A DNA stretch of 64,000 nucleotides from Escherichia coli (GCF_041248615.1 NZ_CP158426.1); one strand, 5' to 3'; shown: positions 26,267-37,965, counted from the first letter of the stretch. Made by a program: numbers and translations. The notes: generated by a model not told the origin, from the letters alone.

Positions 26267-27460
26267 TCAAATCTGTCGTAACTGCGCCTCAACATACAAA
26301 TAGCCAATCCCCAGCACCTGTTGTGCGCGGCTTAATTGCCCAAAGCCAATTTTCGTCGCTTTCACGCTCGGTCCTTCGTCGCGGTCGAACGGGTTAAATC
26401 CCGTCTGGCGAATAATGGTATTAAGCCAGTGCTCACCAAAGGCACAACTGCGACCGTACAACCAAATCTGATTAATATTGAGGATGTTGAGGAAGTTATA
26501 CAGACTCAAACCAATGGCATTGGCAGAGCGATCAACCCAGCTGGTGATCCACGGTTCTCCACTCTGCCAGGCAGCGATTAACTGCGCTGTTGTCAGTTTT
26601 TCAGGATCAAGCTGAGTATTAACCGGTTGTGATTTTAGCCATACCCGCGCCTGTTTTTTTAATGCACTTAACGAGGCGACGGTTTCCAGGCAGCCGTAAC
26701 GTCCACAGTCGCAGACGACACCATCCGGATTAACGATGGTGTGACCAATCTGTCCGCTACCATACAAACTGCCGCGATAAATTTGCTCGTTAATCACGAA
26801 CGACGAGCCAATGCCGTAATCAACGTTGATCACGCAGAAATCCCGTTCCTGCGAATTATTTTGCCATTTCTCCGCCAGCGCCAGCATCACGCAGTCATTA
26901 TCGACCATCACCCGAATGCCGAGCTTCTCTTCCAGCAGATACTTTACCTCAACCGGCGTTGTCCACGGCGCTTGCGGCATGGTTTGCGACACGCCAGTCA
27001 CCGGATCAACCTGACCGTGGATTGCCAGCGCCAGGTTGATGGTACGGTCCGGCCACAATTTACGGTGGCGATGCCAGCATTTTTCGATTTCGGACAGCAG
27101 CGCCTGCGGCGTCGGTGCATCAATCTGTAAATACTCAAATTCACCTTTCGGACTTAAACAGGCGTTAGCGACCTGACACTCAATACTGGTGGGCGTCACG
27201 TTCAGGCACAGCGTCCAGTCACCTTCCGGCGCAATCAGCCATGTACCGCTACTATGCCCGCGCGTCTGGCTTTCATCGTCGATATTCACCACCCGTTTTT
27301 CGCTTTCCAGTTCCTGCAAAATATTACTGACTGCCGGAATCGAAATTTGCGCCAGCCGGGCCAGGGTTGATTTATTGGCGCGCTTTTGCCGGTACAGCAG
27401 TTCCAGAATCACGCATTTGTTATGGTGGCGAATCTGTTGATTATTAATGCAGGCTCTCAT
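26267..27460 (-). CDS. yphH: ROK/NagC-family putative regulator YphH
   Basis: ORF trimmed to MRACINNQQIRHHNKCVILELL..., 397 aa. N-terminal HTH plus a ROK sugar-kinase-like fold with the Cys motif CDCGRYGC. Confidence 0.85.
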   Translation of the reverse strand: MRACINNQQIRHHNKCVILELLYRQKRANKSTLARLAQISIPAVSNILQELESEKRVVNIDDESQTRGHSSGTWLIAPEGDWTLCLNVTPTSIECQVANACLSPKGEFEYLQIDAPTPQALLSEIEKCWHRHRKLWPDRTINLALAIHGQVDPVTGVSQTMPQAPWTTPVEVKYLLEEKLGIRVMVDNDCVMLALAEKWQNNSQERDFCVINVDYGIGSSFVINEQIYRGSLYGSGQIGHTIVNPDGVVCDCGRYGCLETVASLSALKKQARVWLKSQPVNTQLDPEKLTTAQLIAAWQSGEPWITSWVDRSANAIGLSLYNFLNILNINQIWLYGRSCAFGEHWLNTIIRQTGFNPFDRDEGPSVKATKIGFGQLSRAQQVLGIGYLYVEAQLRQI

Positions 27461-27577
27461 CTTCACTAAACCTTGTTTAGTTAATTGCGTGATTATTCCG
27501 CGAAAACATTGCCAGATTGTTCAATACACTGCCACAAATCTTTTAATTCAGTATGTCTTGTTAATATTGAGGGCACC

Positions 27578-30500
27578 ATGACTCCAGTAAAAGTGTGGCA
27601 AGAGCGCGTTGAGATCCCGACCTATGAAACCGGGCCGCAGGATATACATCCCATGTTCCTGGAAAATCGCGTTTATCAGGGATCGTCCGGCGCGGTTTAT
27701 CCCTACGGCGTGACCGATACGCTGAGCGAGCAGAAAACCCTGAAATCCTGGCAGGCGGTGTGGCTGGAAAACGACTACATTAAAGTGATGATCCTGCCGG
27801 AACTGGGCGGTCGGGTGCATCGCGCATGGGATAAAGTGAAACAGCGCGATTTTGTCTATCACAATGAAGTCATTAAACCGGCGCTGGTGGGGCTGCTGGG
27901 ACCGTGGATCTCCGGCGGGATTGAGTTTAACTGGCCGCAACACCATCGCCCGACCACCTTTATGCCCGTTGATTTCACCCTCGAAGCCCATGAAGACGGC
28001 GCACAAACCGTGTGGGTCGGCGAAACGGAGCCGATGCACGGTTTACAGGTGATGACTGGTTTCACCTTGCGTTCTGACCGGGCGGCGCTGGAAATCGCCA
28101 GCCGCGTCTATAACGGCAACGCCACGCCGCGTCATTTCTTGTGGTGGGCCAACCCGGCAGTGAAAGGGGGTGAAGGGCATCAGAGCGTCTTCCCGCCGGA
28201 TGTAACGGCGGTGTTTGATCACGGCAAACGGGCCGTCTCCGCTTTCCCCATCGCCACCGGCACTTACTACAAAGTGGACTACTCCGCCGGAGTGGACATT
28301 TCTCGCTATAAAAATGTGCCCGTTCCAACCTCATATATGGCTGAAAAATCACAGTACGATTTTGTTGGCGCGTGGTGTCACGATGAAGATGGCGGTTTGC
28401 TGCACATTGCCAACCACCATATTGCGCCAGGTAAAAAACAGTGGAGCTGGGGACACAGTGAATTTGGCCAGGCGTGGGATAAGAGTCTGACCGACAATAA
28501 CGGCCCGTATATCGAACTGATGACTGGTATTTTTGCCGATAACCAGCCCGATTTTACCTGGCTTGATGCTTACGAAGAGAAGCGTTTTGAGCAGTATTTC
28601 CTGCCTTACCATTCTTTGGGCATGGTGCAAAACGCCTCCCGCGATGCGGTGATTAAACTCCAGCGTAGCGAGCGGGGGATTGAGTGGGGGCTGTATGCCA
28701 TCTCTCCGTTGAAAGGATACCGTCTGGCGATCCGCGAAATCGGCAAATGCAACGCGTTGCTCGATGATGCCGTGGCCCTGACACCAGCGACCGCCATCCA
28801 GGGCGTGTTGCACGGTATCAATCCTGAAAGGCTGACCATTGAACTCTCCGATGCCGACGGCAATATCATACTGAGTTATCAGGAACATCAGCCGCAAGAG
28901 TTGCCGTTGCCGGACGTCGCCAAAGCGCCACTGGCAGCACAAGACATTACCAGTACAGATGAAGCCTGGTTTATCGGTCAGCATCTGGAGCAATATCATC
29001 ACGCCAGCCGTTCACCGTTCGATTACTACCTGCGCGGCGTGGCGCTGGATCCGCTGGATTATCGCTGTAATCTGGCGCTGGCGATGCTGGAATATAACCG
29101 CGCAGATTTCCCGCAAGCGGTGGCGTATGCCACTCAGGCGCTGAAACGCGCACATGCGCTGAACAAAAATCCGCAGTGCGGACAGGCGAGTTTGATTCGC
29201 GCCAGTGCTTACGAACGTCAGGGGCAATATCAACAAGCCGAAGAGGATTTCTGGCGTGCGGTCTGGAGCGGCAACAGTAAAGCCGGTGGCTATTATGGTC
29301 TGGCACGGCTGGCGGCGCGTAATGGTCACTTCGATGCTGGTCTGGATTTTTGCCAACAAAGTCTTCGCGCCTGCCCAACCAATCAGGAAGTGCTTTGCCT
29401 GCATAATCTGCTGCTGGTGTTAAGTGGTCGTCAGGACAACGCGCGTTTGCAGCGCGAGAAACTGCTGCGTGATTATCCGCTGAACGCCACTCTGTGGTGG
29501 CTGAACTGGTTCGATGGTCGTAGCGAATCAGCCCTCGCGCAGTGGCGCGGTCTGTGTCAGGGACGCGACATTAACGCCCTGATGACCGCCGGGCAACTGA
29601 TTAACTGGGGAATGCCTGCCCTGGCGGCAGAGATGCTGAACGCACTGGACTGCCAGCGCACGCTGCCGCTTTACCTGCAAGCCAGCTTGCTGCCGAAAGC
29701 TGAACGCGGCGAACTGGTCGCAAAAGCCATTGATGTCTTCCCACAGTTTGTCCGTTTCCCGAATACGCTGGAAGAAGTGGCGGCGCTGGAGAGTATTGAA
29801 GAGTGCTGGTTTGCCCGTCATTTACTGGCCTGCTTCTACTACAACAAGCGCAGCTACAACAAAGCCATTACTTTATGGCAACGTTGCGTAGAGATGTCGC
29901 CGGAGTTTGCCGACGGCTGGCGCGGGTTAGCGATCCATGCGTGGAATAAGCAACACGATTATGAGCTGGCCGCGCGTTATCTTGATAATGCTTATCAGCT
30001 TGCTTCGCAGGATGCACGTCTGCTTTTCGAACGGGATTTGCTGGATAAGTTAAGCGGAGCCACACCGGAGAAACGACTGGCGCGTCTGGAAAATAATCTG
30101 GAAATTGCGCTGAAACGCGACGACATGACCGCAGAACTGCTCAATTTGTGGCATCTCACTGGTCAAGCAGACAAAGCGGCGGACATTCTCGCCACGCGCA
30201 AATTCCACCCGTGGGAAGGCGGGGAAGGGAAGGTCACCAGTCAGTTTATCCTCAACCAGTTATTACGCGCCTGGCAGCACCTTGATGCCAGAGAGCCGCA
30301 GCAGGCCAGCGAACTGCTTCATGCCGCGCTGCATTATCCGGAGAATTTAAGCGAAGGCCGTTTACCGGGGCAAACTGACAACGACATCTGGTTCTGGCAG
30401 GCGATATGCGCCAACGCGCAGGGCGATGAAACTGAAGCGACGCGTTGTTTACGTCTGGCGGCGACTGGCGATCGCACCATTAACATTCACAGTTATTACA

Positions 30501-30859
30501 ACGATCAGCCGGTTGATTATCTCTTCTGGCAAGGAATGGCGCTGCGACTGCTGGGCGAACAACAAATCGCACAGCAACTGTTTAGTGAAATGAAACAGTG
30601 GGCGCAAGAGATGTCGAAAACCAGTATCGAGGCGGATTTCTTTGCTGTTTCACAACCTGACCTGTTGTCGCTGTATGGCGATTTACAACAGCAGCATAAA
30701 GAAAAATGCCTGATGGTGGCGATGCTGGCGTCCGCGGGACTAGGGGAGGTTGCGCAATATGAGTCTGCTCGCGCTGAATTGACGGCGATTAATCCGGCCT
30801 GGCCGAAAGCGGCATTATTCACCACTGTGATGCCTTTTATTTTTAACTACGTTCACTAA
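27578..30859 (+). CDS. yphG: large conserved protein YphG (DUF5107-like N-domain plus TPR repeats), function unknown
   Basis: ORF 27485-30859 trimmed to ATG 27578 (MTPVKVWQERVEIPTYETGPQD...), 1093 aa. The C-terminal two thirds is TPR-like helical repeats. No P-loop seen. Confidence 0.85.
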   Translation: MTPVKVWQERVEIPTYETGPQDIHPMFLENRVYQGSSGAVYPYGVTDTLSEQKTLKSWQAVWLENDYIKVMILPELGGRVHRAWDKVKQRDFVYHNEVIKPALVGLLGPWISGGIEFNWPQHHRPTTFMPVDFTLEAHEDGAQTVWVGETEPMHGLQVMTGFTLRSDRAALEIASRVYNGNATPRHFLWWANPAVKGGEGHQSVFPPDVTAVFDHGKRAVSAFPIATGTYYKVDYSAGVDISRYKNVPVPTSYMAEKSQYDFVGAWCHDEDGGLLHIANHHIAPGKKQWSWGHSEFGQAWDKSLTDNNGPYIELMTGIFADNQPDFTWLDAYEEKRFEQYFLPYHSLGMVQNASRDAVIKLQRSERGIEWGLYAISPLKGYRLAIREIGKCNALLDDAVALTPATAIQGVLHGINPERLTIELSDADGNIILSYQEHQPQELPLPDVAKAPLAAQDITSTDEAWFIGQHLEQYHHASRSPFDYYLRGVALDPLDYRCNLALAMLEYNRADFPQAVAYATQALKRAHALNKNPQCGQASLIRASAYERQGQYQQAEEDFWRAVWSGNSKAGGYYGLARLAARNGHFDAGLDFCQQSLRACPTNQEVLCLHNLLLVLSGRQDNARLQREKLLRDYPLNATLWWLNWFDGRSESALAQWRGLCQGRDINALMTAGQLINWGMPALAAEMLNALDCQRTLPLYLQASLLPKAERGELVAKAIDVFPQFVRFPNTLEEVAALESIEECWFARHLLACFYYNKRSYNKAITLWQRCVEMSPEFADGWRGLAIHAWNKQHDYELAARYLDNAYQLASQDARLLFERDLLDKLSGATPEKRLARLENNLEIALKRDDMTAELLNLWHLTGQADKAADILATRKFHPWEGGEGKVTSQFILNQLLRAWQHLDAREPQQASELLHAALHYPENLSEGRLPGQTDNDIWFWQAICANAQGDETEATRCLRLAATGDRTINIHSYYNDQPVDYLFWQGMALRLLGEQQIAQQLFSEMKQWAQEMSKTSIEADFFAVSQPDLLSLYGDLQQQHKEKCLMVAMLASAGLGEVAQYESARAELTAINPAWPKAALFTTVMPFIFNYVH

Positions 30860-30955
30860 ACCCTATTAACTGTAATATTTGAGCGGCACGCGCTGCCGCT
30901 CATCACAAAATAATTAGAATAAGCCGTTGTTAATAAAAACCCTACAGGAGGTACT

Positions 30956-31939
30956 ATGCCTAAAAAAATGAGAGCAACCCGTAATCTATTATTAATGGCT
31001 ACGCTATTAGGTAGCGCACTATTTGCCAGGGCTGCGGATAAAGAAATGACCATTGGCGCAATATACCTTGATACCCAGGGATATTACGCTGGCGTGCGTC
31101 AGGGCGTTCAGGATGCGGCAAAAGATTCTTCAGTACAGGTACAGTTAATTGAAACTAACGCCCAGGGTGATATTTCGAAAGAAAGTACCTTTGTTGATAC
31201 CCTCGTGGCGCGTAATGTCGATGCCATTATTTTATCGGCAGTGTCTGAAAATGGCAGTAGCTGTACCGTTCGTCGCGCCAGTGAAGCGGGTATTCCGGTG
31301 ATTTGCTACAACACCTGTATTAATCAAAAAGGTGTCGATAAATATGTCTCGGCGTATCTGGTCGGCGATCCGCTGGAATTTGGTAAAAAACTGGGTAACG
31401 CTGCCGCCGATTATTTTATTGCCAATAAAATTGACCAGCCGAAAATTGCCGTCATCAATTGCGAAGCCTTTGAAGTTTGTGTGCAACGACGTAAAGGGTT
31501 TGAAGAAGTATTAAAAGCCCGCGTTCCCGGCGCGCAAATTGTCGCTAATCAGGAAGGGACTGTTTTAGATAAAGCGATTTCCGTTGGTGAAAAACTAATT
31601 ATCTCCACGCCGGATCTCAACGCCATTATGGGGGAATCGGGCGGTGCGACACTCGGCGCGGTAAAAGCGGTACGTAATCAAAATCAGGCCGGAAAAATTG
31701 CTGTTTTCGGTTCGGATATGACCACTGAAATTGCTCAGGAGCTGGAAAACAATCAGGTGCTGAAAGCGGTGGTGGATATTTCCGGTAAGAAAATGGGCAA
31801 TGCTGTTTTCGCGCAAACTTTGAAGGTTATCAATAAACAAGCCGACGGTGAAAAAGTGATTCAGGTGCCTATCGATCTCTATACCAAAACGGAAGACGGT
31901 AAACAGTGGCTGGCAACGCACGTTGATGGTCTGCCCTAA
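30956..31939 (+). CDS. yphF: periplasmic sugar-binding protein of ABC transporter
   Basis: 327 aa with a signal peptide. RbsB-like periplasmic binding-protein fold. Confidence 0.9.
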   Translation: MPKKMRATRNLLLMATLLGSALFARAADKEMTIGAIYLDTQGYYAGVRQGVQDAAKDSSVQVQLIETNAQGDISKESTFVDTLVARNVDAIILSAVSENGSSCTVRRASEAGIPVICYNTCINQKGVDKYVSAYLVGDPLEFGKKLGNAAADYFIANKIDQPKIAVINCEAFEVCVQRRKGFEEVLKARVPGAQIVANQEGTVLDKAISVGEKLIISTPDLNAIMGESGGATLGAVKAVRNQNQAGKIAVFGSDMTTEIAQELENNQVLKAVVDISGKKMGNAVFAQTLKVINKQADGEKVIQVPIDLYTKTEDGKQWLATHVDGLP

Positions 31940-31961
31940 TCGCTGATTCGCAGAGGTCCCT

Positions 31962-33473
31962 ATGTTCACGGCAACAGAGGCAATCCCGGTAGCAAAAGTG
32001 GTGGCAGGAAATAAGCGTTATCCCGGCGTCGTTGCGTTGGATAACGTTAACTTCACGCTCAATAAAGGCGAAGTTCGTGCGCTGTTAGGCAAAAACGGCG
32101 CGGGCAAATCGACCCTCATTCGAATGCTTACCGGTAGCGAACGTCCGGATAGCGGTGATATCTGGATTGGCGAGACGCGACTGGAAGGTGACGAAGCTAC
32201 GTTGACTCGCCGTGCCGCTGAACTGGGGGTTCGTGCGGTTTATCAGGAGTTAAGTCTGGTGGAGGGACTGACTGTGGCGGAAAACCTCTGCCTCGGTCAG
32301 TGGCCCCGCCGCAACGGCATGATTGATTACCTGCAAATGGCGCAGGATGCCCAACGTTGCTTACAGGCGCTGGGCGTTGACGTTAGCCCTGAACAACTTG
32401 TTTCAACGCTAAGCCCGGCACAAAAGCAGCTGGTGGAAATTGCGCGGGTGATGAAGGGCGAGCCGCGCGTGGTCATTCTTGATGAACCTACCAGTTCGCT
32501 TGCCAGTGCGGAAGTTGAACTGGTGATCAGCGCGGTGAAAAAGATGTCGGCACTGGGCGTGGCGGTGATTTATGTCAGCCACCGGATGGAAGAAATCCGC
32601 CGCATTGCCTCCTGTGCCACCGTTATGCGCGATGGTCAGGTGGCGGGCGATGTGATGCTCGAAAACACCTCCACGCATCATATTGTGTCGCTAATGCTCG
32701 GGCGCGATCACGTTGATATTGCGCCGGTTTCCCCTCAGGAAATTGTCGATCAGGCCGTGCTGGAAGTCCGTGCGTTACGCCATAAGCCCAAGCTGGAGGA
32801 TATCAGCTTTACGCTCCGTCGTGGCGAAGTACTCGGCATTGCTGGCCTGCTGGGGGCAGGGCGCAGTGAATTGTTGAAAGCCATAGTTGGGCTGGAGACG
32901 TATGAACAGGGCGAAATTGTTATCAACGGCGAGAAAATCACGCGCCCCGATTACGGCGACATGCTGAAACGCGGCATTGGCTATACGCCAGAAAACCGCA
33001 AAGAAGCGGGGATCATTCCCTGGCTGGGCGTTGACGAAAATACAGTGCTGACCAATCGGCAAAAAATCAGCGCCAACGGTGTGCTGCAATGGTCCACCAT
33101 CCGCCGCCTGACCGAAGAGGTGATGCAGCGGATGACGGTCAAGGCCGCCAGTAGCGAAACGCCCATCGGCACGCTTTCTGGCGGCAATCAGCAAAAAGTG
33201 GTGATCGGTCGTTGGGTCTATGCCGCCAGCCAGATTTTGTTGCTCGACGAGCCAACGCGTGGCGTCGATATCGAAGCCAAACAGCAGATTTACCGTATTG
33301 TCCGCGAGCTGGCTGCCGAAGGAAAAAGCGTGGTGTTTATCTCCAGTGAAGTGGAGGAGTTGCCGCTGGTGTGTGACCGCATCCTGTTATTACAGCACGG
33401 TACGTTCTCGCAGGAGTTTCACTCGCCGGTCAATGTGGATGAGCTGATGTCCGCCATTCTGTCTGTGCACTGA
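31962..33473 (+). CDS. yphE: sugar ABC transporter ATP-binding protein (duplicated ATPase)
   Basis: 503 aa with Walker A GKNGAGKST, LSGGNQQK and two ABC cassettes. Confidence 0.9.
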   Translation: MFTATEAIPVAKVVAGNKRYPGVVALDNVNFTLNKGEVRALLGKNGAGKSTLIRMLTGSERPDSGDIWIGETRLEGDEATLTRRAAELGVRAVYQELSLVEGLTVAENLCLGQWPRRNGMIDYLQMAQDAQRCLQALGVDVSPEQLVSTLSPAQKQLVEIARVMKGEPRVVILDEPTSSLASAEVELVISAVKKMSALGVAVIYVSHRMEEIRRIASCATVMRDGQVAGDVMLENTSTHHIVSLMLGRDHVDIAPVSPQEIVDQAVLEVRALRHKPKLEDISFTLRRGEVLGIAGLLGAGRSELLKAIVGLETYEQGEIVINGEKITRPDYGDMLKRGIGYTPENRKEAGIIPWLGVDENTVLTNRQKISANGVLQWSTIRRLTEEVMQRMTVKAASSETPIGTLSGGNQQKVVIGRWVYAASQILLLDEPTRGVDIEAKQQIYRIVRELAAEGKSVVFISSEVEELPLVCDRILLLQHGTFSQEFHSPVNVDELMSAILSVH

Positions 33474-33497
33474 TGAATTTTACCGAGGAACCTGAAG

Positions 33498-34496
33498 ATG
33501 TCTGCTTCGTCATTACCATTGCCGCAGGGCAAGAGCGTCTCGCTCAAACAATTTGTCAGTCGCCATATTAATGAGATCGGTTTGCTGGTGGTGATCGCCA
33601 TTCTTTATCTGGTCTTTTCTCTGAACGCGCCGGGTTTTATCTCATTGAATAACCAGATGAACGTGCTGCGCGATGCCGCCACCATTGGGATTGCCGCCTG
33701 GGCGATGACGCTGATTATTATCTCCGGTGAAATTGATGTCAGCGTTGGGCCGATGGTGGCTTTTGTCTCGGTGTGCCTGGCATTTTTGCTGCAATTTGAA
33801 GTTCCGTTGGCGATTGCTTGTCTGCTGGTGTTGCTGTTAGGCGCGCTGATGGGAACGCTCGCCGGGGTGCTGCGCGGCGTGTTTAACGTGCCAAGTTTCG
33901 TGGCCACGCTGGGGCTGTGGAGCGCCCTGCGCGGAATGGGGCTGTTTATGACGAACGCCTTGCCAGTGCCGATTGACGAAAACGAAGTGCTGGACTGGCT
34001 GGGGGGACAATTTCTCGGTGTGCCGGTATCCGCGCTGATCATGATGGTGTTATTTGCGCTGTTTGTGTTCATTAGCCGCAAAACCGCCTTCGGGCGCTCG
34101 GTTTTTGCTGTTGGCGGTAATGCCACTGCAGCACAGTTGTGCGGTATTAACGTTCGTCGGGTACGCATTCTTATTTTTACCCTTTCGGGATTATTAGCAG
34201 CGGTGACCGGCATTTTGTTGGCGGCGCGCCTCGGTTCCGGTAACGCAGGTGCCGCAAACGGTCTGGAGTTTGACGTCATCGCCGCGGTCGTGGTTGGCGG
34301 TACGGCGCTTTCCGGTGGTCGCGGTTCCCTGTTTGGTACATTGCTTGGTGTGTTGGTGATTACGCTAATCGGTAACGGTCTGGTGCTGCTCGGGATTAAC
34401 TCCTTTTTCCAGCAGGTGGTGCGCGGCGTCATCATCGTGGTGGCGGTGCTGGCGAATATCTTGCTGACCCAGCGTAGCAGTAAAGCGAAACGCTAA
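33498..34496 (+). CDS. yphD: sugar ABC transporter permease
   Basis: 332 aa, polytopic, RbsC-like. Confidence 0.9.
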   Translation: MSASSLPLPQGKSVSLKQFVSRHINEIGLLVVIAILYLVFSLNAPGFISLNNQMNVLRDAATIGIAAWAMTLIIISGEIDVSVGPMVAFVSVCLAFLLQFEVPLAIACLLVLLLGALMGTLAGVLRGVFNVPSFVATLGLWSALRGMGLFMTNALPVPIDENEVLDWLGGQFLGVPVSALIMMVLFALFVFISRKTAFGRSVFAVGGNATAAQLCGINVRRVRILIFTLSGLLAAVTGILLAARLGSGNAGAANGLEFDVIAAVVVGGTALSGGRGSLFGTLLGVLVITLIGNGLVLLGINSFFQQVVRGVIIVVAVLANILLTQRSSKAKR

Positions 34497-34561
34497 ACCT
34501 TAACGCCCCTGGCGCGGGTGCGGCAGGGATGAAAATTAATCGTATTGTTAATGAGGGATTT

Positions 34562-35623
34562 ATGAAAACGATGCTGGCAGCTTATTTACCAGGAAATTCG
34601 ACCGTCGATCTGCGGGAAGTTGCGGTGCCGACGCCGGGGATTAACCAGGTACTGATCAAAATGAAATCCTCCGGGATTTGCGGAAGTGATGTCCACTATA
34701 TCTATCATCAACACCGTGCCACGGCAGCGGCACCCGATAAACCGTTATACCAGGGATTTATCAACGGTCATGAACCGTGCGGGCAGATTGTGGCGATGGG
34801 GCAAGGCTGCCGCCATTTTAAAGAGGGCGACCGCGTGCTGGTGTATCACATTTCTGGCTGTGGTTTTTGCCCGAACTGCCGCCGCGGCTTTCCTATCTCT
34901 TGTACTGGCAAAGGAAAAGCGGCTTACGGCTGGCAGCGTGACGGCGGCCATGCTGAATACCTGCTGGCGGAAGAAAAAGATCTGATCCTGCTGCCGGACG
35001 CGCTGAGCTATGAAGATGGTGCGTTTATCAGTTGCGGCGTTGGTACAGCGTATGAAGGGATTTTGCGCGGCGAAGTTTCCGGTAGCGATAACGTGCTGGT
35101 GGTCGGTCTGGGGCCGGTCGGCATGATGGCGATGATGCTGGCGAAAGGTCGCGGTGCAAAAAGGATCATCGGCGTTGATATGCTGCCGGAACGTCTGGCG
35201 ATGGCGAAACAGTTAGGGGTGATGGATCACGGCTATTTAGCAACCACCGAAGGTCTGCCGCAGATTATCGCCGAACTCACCCACGGTGGCGCGGATGTTG
35301 CGCTCGATTGTTCCGGTAATGCCGCAGGTCGCTTACTGGCGTTGCAATCCACTGCTGACTGGGGACGGGTGGTTTACATCGGGGAAACCGGAAAAGTGGA
35401 GTTCGAGGTTAGCGCCGATCTGATGCACCATCAACGGCGGATTATTGGCTCCTGGGTGACCAGTCTATTCCATATGGAAAAATGCGCCCACGATTTAACG
35501 GACTGGAAACTGTGGCCGCGTAATGCCATTACCCATCGCTTCTCACTGGAACAGGCAGGAGATGCCTATGCGCTGATGGCGAGCGGTAAATGCGGGAAAG
35601 TTGTGATTAACTTCCCGGATTAA
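34562..35623 (+). CDS. yphC: Zn-dependent alcohol/polyol dehydrogenase family protein
   Basis: ORF trimmed to MKTMLAAYLPGNSTVDLREV..., 353 aa. MDR motifs GICGSDVH and GLGPVG. Confidence 0.88.
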   Translation: MKTMLAAYLPGNSTVDLREVAVPTPGINQVLIKMKSSGICGSDVHYIYHQHRATAAAPDKPLYQGFINGHEPCGQIVAMGQGCRHFKEGDRVLVYHISGCGFCPNCRRGFPISCTGKGKAAYGWQRDGGHAEYLLAEEKDLILLPDALSYEDGAFISCGVGTAYEGILRGEVSGSDNVLVVGLGPVGMMAMMLAKGRGAKRIIGVDMLPERLAMAKQLGVMDHGYLATTEGLPQIIAELTHGGADVALDCSGNAAGRLLALQSTADWGRVVYIGETGKVEFEVSADLMHHQRRIIGSWVTSLFHMEKCAHDLTDWKLWPRNAITHRFSLEQAGDAYALMASGKCGKVVINFPD

Positions 35624-35634
35624 GGAGTCAGCGG

Positions 35635-36507
35635 ATGACCATCTATACCTTATCTCACGGGCCGCTAAAGCTGGACGTTTCTGACCGGGGCGGCGTCATC
35701 GAAGGCTTCTGGCGTGACGCGACGCCGCTCTTACGTCCCGGTAAAAAAAGCGGTGTGGCAACCGATGCCTCTTGTTTTCCGCTGGTGCCGTTTGCAAACC
35801 GGGTGAGCGGCAATCGTTTTGTCTGGCAGGGGCGTGAGTATCAACTGCAACCGAATGTTGAGTGGGATGCGCACTATCTGCACGGCGACGGCTGACTGGG
35901 GCAGTGGCAATGTGTCTCGCGCAGCGAAGATAGCTTGTGTCTGGTGTATGAACATCGCAGCGGTGTTTATCACTATCGGGTAAGTCAGGCGTTTCATTTA
36001 ACGGCAGATACGCTGACGGTGACGCTCTCTGTCACCAATCAAGGGGCAGAGACGCTGCCATTTGGTACCGGCTGGCATCCTTATTTTCCGTTGTCACCAC
36101 AAACGCGGATTCAGGCGCAGGCGAGCGGTTACTGGCTGGAGCGGGAGCAGTGGCTGGCGGGTGAGTTTTGCGAGCAGCTACCGCAAGAGCTGGATTTCAA
36201 CCAGCTCGCGCCGTTGCCACACCAGTGGGTGAACAATGGCTTTGCCGGATGGAATGGTCAGGCCCGCATCGAGCAGCCGCAGGAGGGTTATGCCATCATC
36301 ATGGAAACGACGCCACCTGCACCATGTTATTCCATCTTTGTTTCCGACCCGGCGTTTGATAAAGGATATGCGTTTGATTTCTTCTGTCTGGAACCGATGA
36401 GCCATGCGCCGGATGACCATCATCGCCCGGAAGGGGGTGATCTCATTGCGCTTGCACCAGGGGAATCAACAACTTCAGAGGTGTCGTTGCGGGTTGCGTT
36501 ACTGTAA
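35635..36507 (+). pseudogene. yphB: aldose 1-epimerase-family gene yphB interrupted by an in-frame TGA
   Basis: ORFs 35635-35895 and 35935-36507 are in the same frame, separated only by TGA at 35893-35895 (...YLHGDG * LGQWQCVS...). Read through, the total is 290 codons, the length I recall for intact YphB. Confidence 0.8.
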
Positions 36508-36516
36508 TTTATAAAA

Positions 36517-36533
36517 TGCCGGATAAGGCGTTC
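36517..36533. repeat. left arm of a REP palindrome split by IS insertion
   Basis: TGCCGGATAAGGCGTTC. Together with 37966-37984 it reconstitutes GCCGGATAAGGCGTTCACGCCGCATCCGGCA. Confidence 0.85.
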
Positions 36534-37060
36534 TGAACTGCACCCCAAATGTTGGACATAATCTGACATCTGAAGGTGCAGTTTATGAAACATTCATTTG
36601 AAGTAAAACTTGCCGCTGTAAATCATTACCTGGCTGGTCATGCAGGCATCATTTCTACGGCAAAACTCTTTCAACTTTCTCACACCAGCCTCTCACACTG
36701 GATTAATCTTTTTCTTCTTCACGGTCCTCGGGCACTGGATTGCAGACACAAGCGTAGCTATTCTCCTGAAGATAAACTTTGCGTGGTTCTTTATGCTCTC
36801 GGGCATTCTGAGTCTCTACCCCGGGTAGCTGCCCGGTTTAACATTCCCAGCCACAACACGGTTAAAAACTGGATAAAAGGCTACCGCAAATCTGGTAATG
36901 AGGCCTTTATCAGGCGCAGGAAGGAGAAAAGCATGACCCGTTCTGATGATACCCATGAAAACGAGGCAAACATGACGCCGGAAGAGATGAAGAATGAGCT
37001 GCGTTATCTTCGCGCAGAAAATGCATATCTGAAAGCCATGCAGGAGCATCTCCTGGAAAA

Positions 37061-37965
<905 letters not shown>

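Noticed and set aside
27578-30859. YphG (1093 aa, TPR-rich) as a candidate novel defence/STAND-type protein
   Set aside because: No Walker A/B or nuclease motifs are visible. It is embedded in a conserved sugar-utilisation operon present in K-12, so it is an uncharacterised metabolic or accessory protein rather than a new system.
33605-34435. 276-aa ORF antisense to yphD
   Set aside because: It lies opposite a clear ABC permease frame. The Pro/Thr/Ala/Arg-rich composition is characteristic of antisense translation of membrane-protein genes.
35893-35895. TGA in yphB as selenocysteine or programmed readthrough
   Set aside because: I see no SECIS-like hairpin immediately downstream. Mutarotase-family proteins are not selenoproteins, and a Trp codon is expected here.
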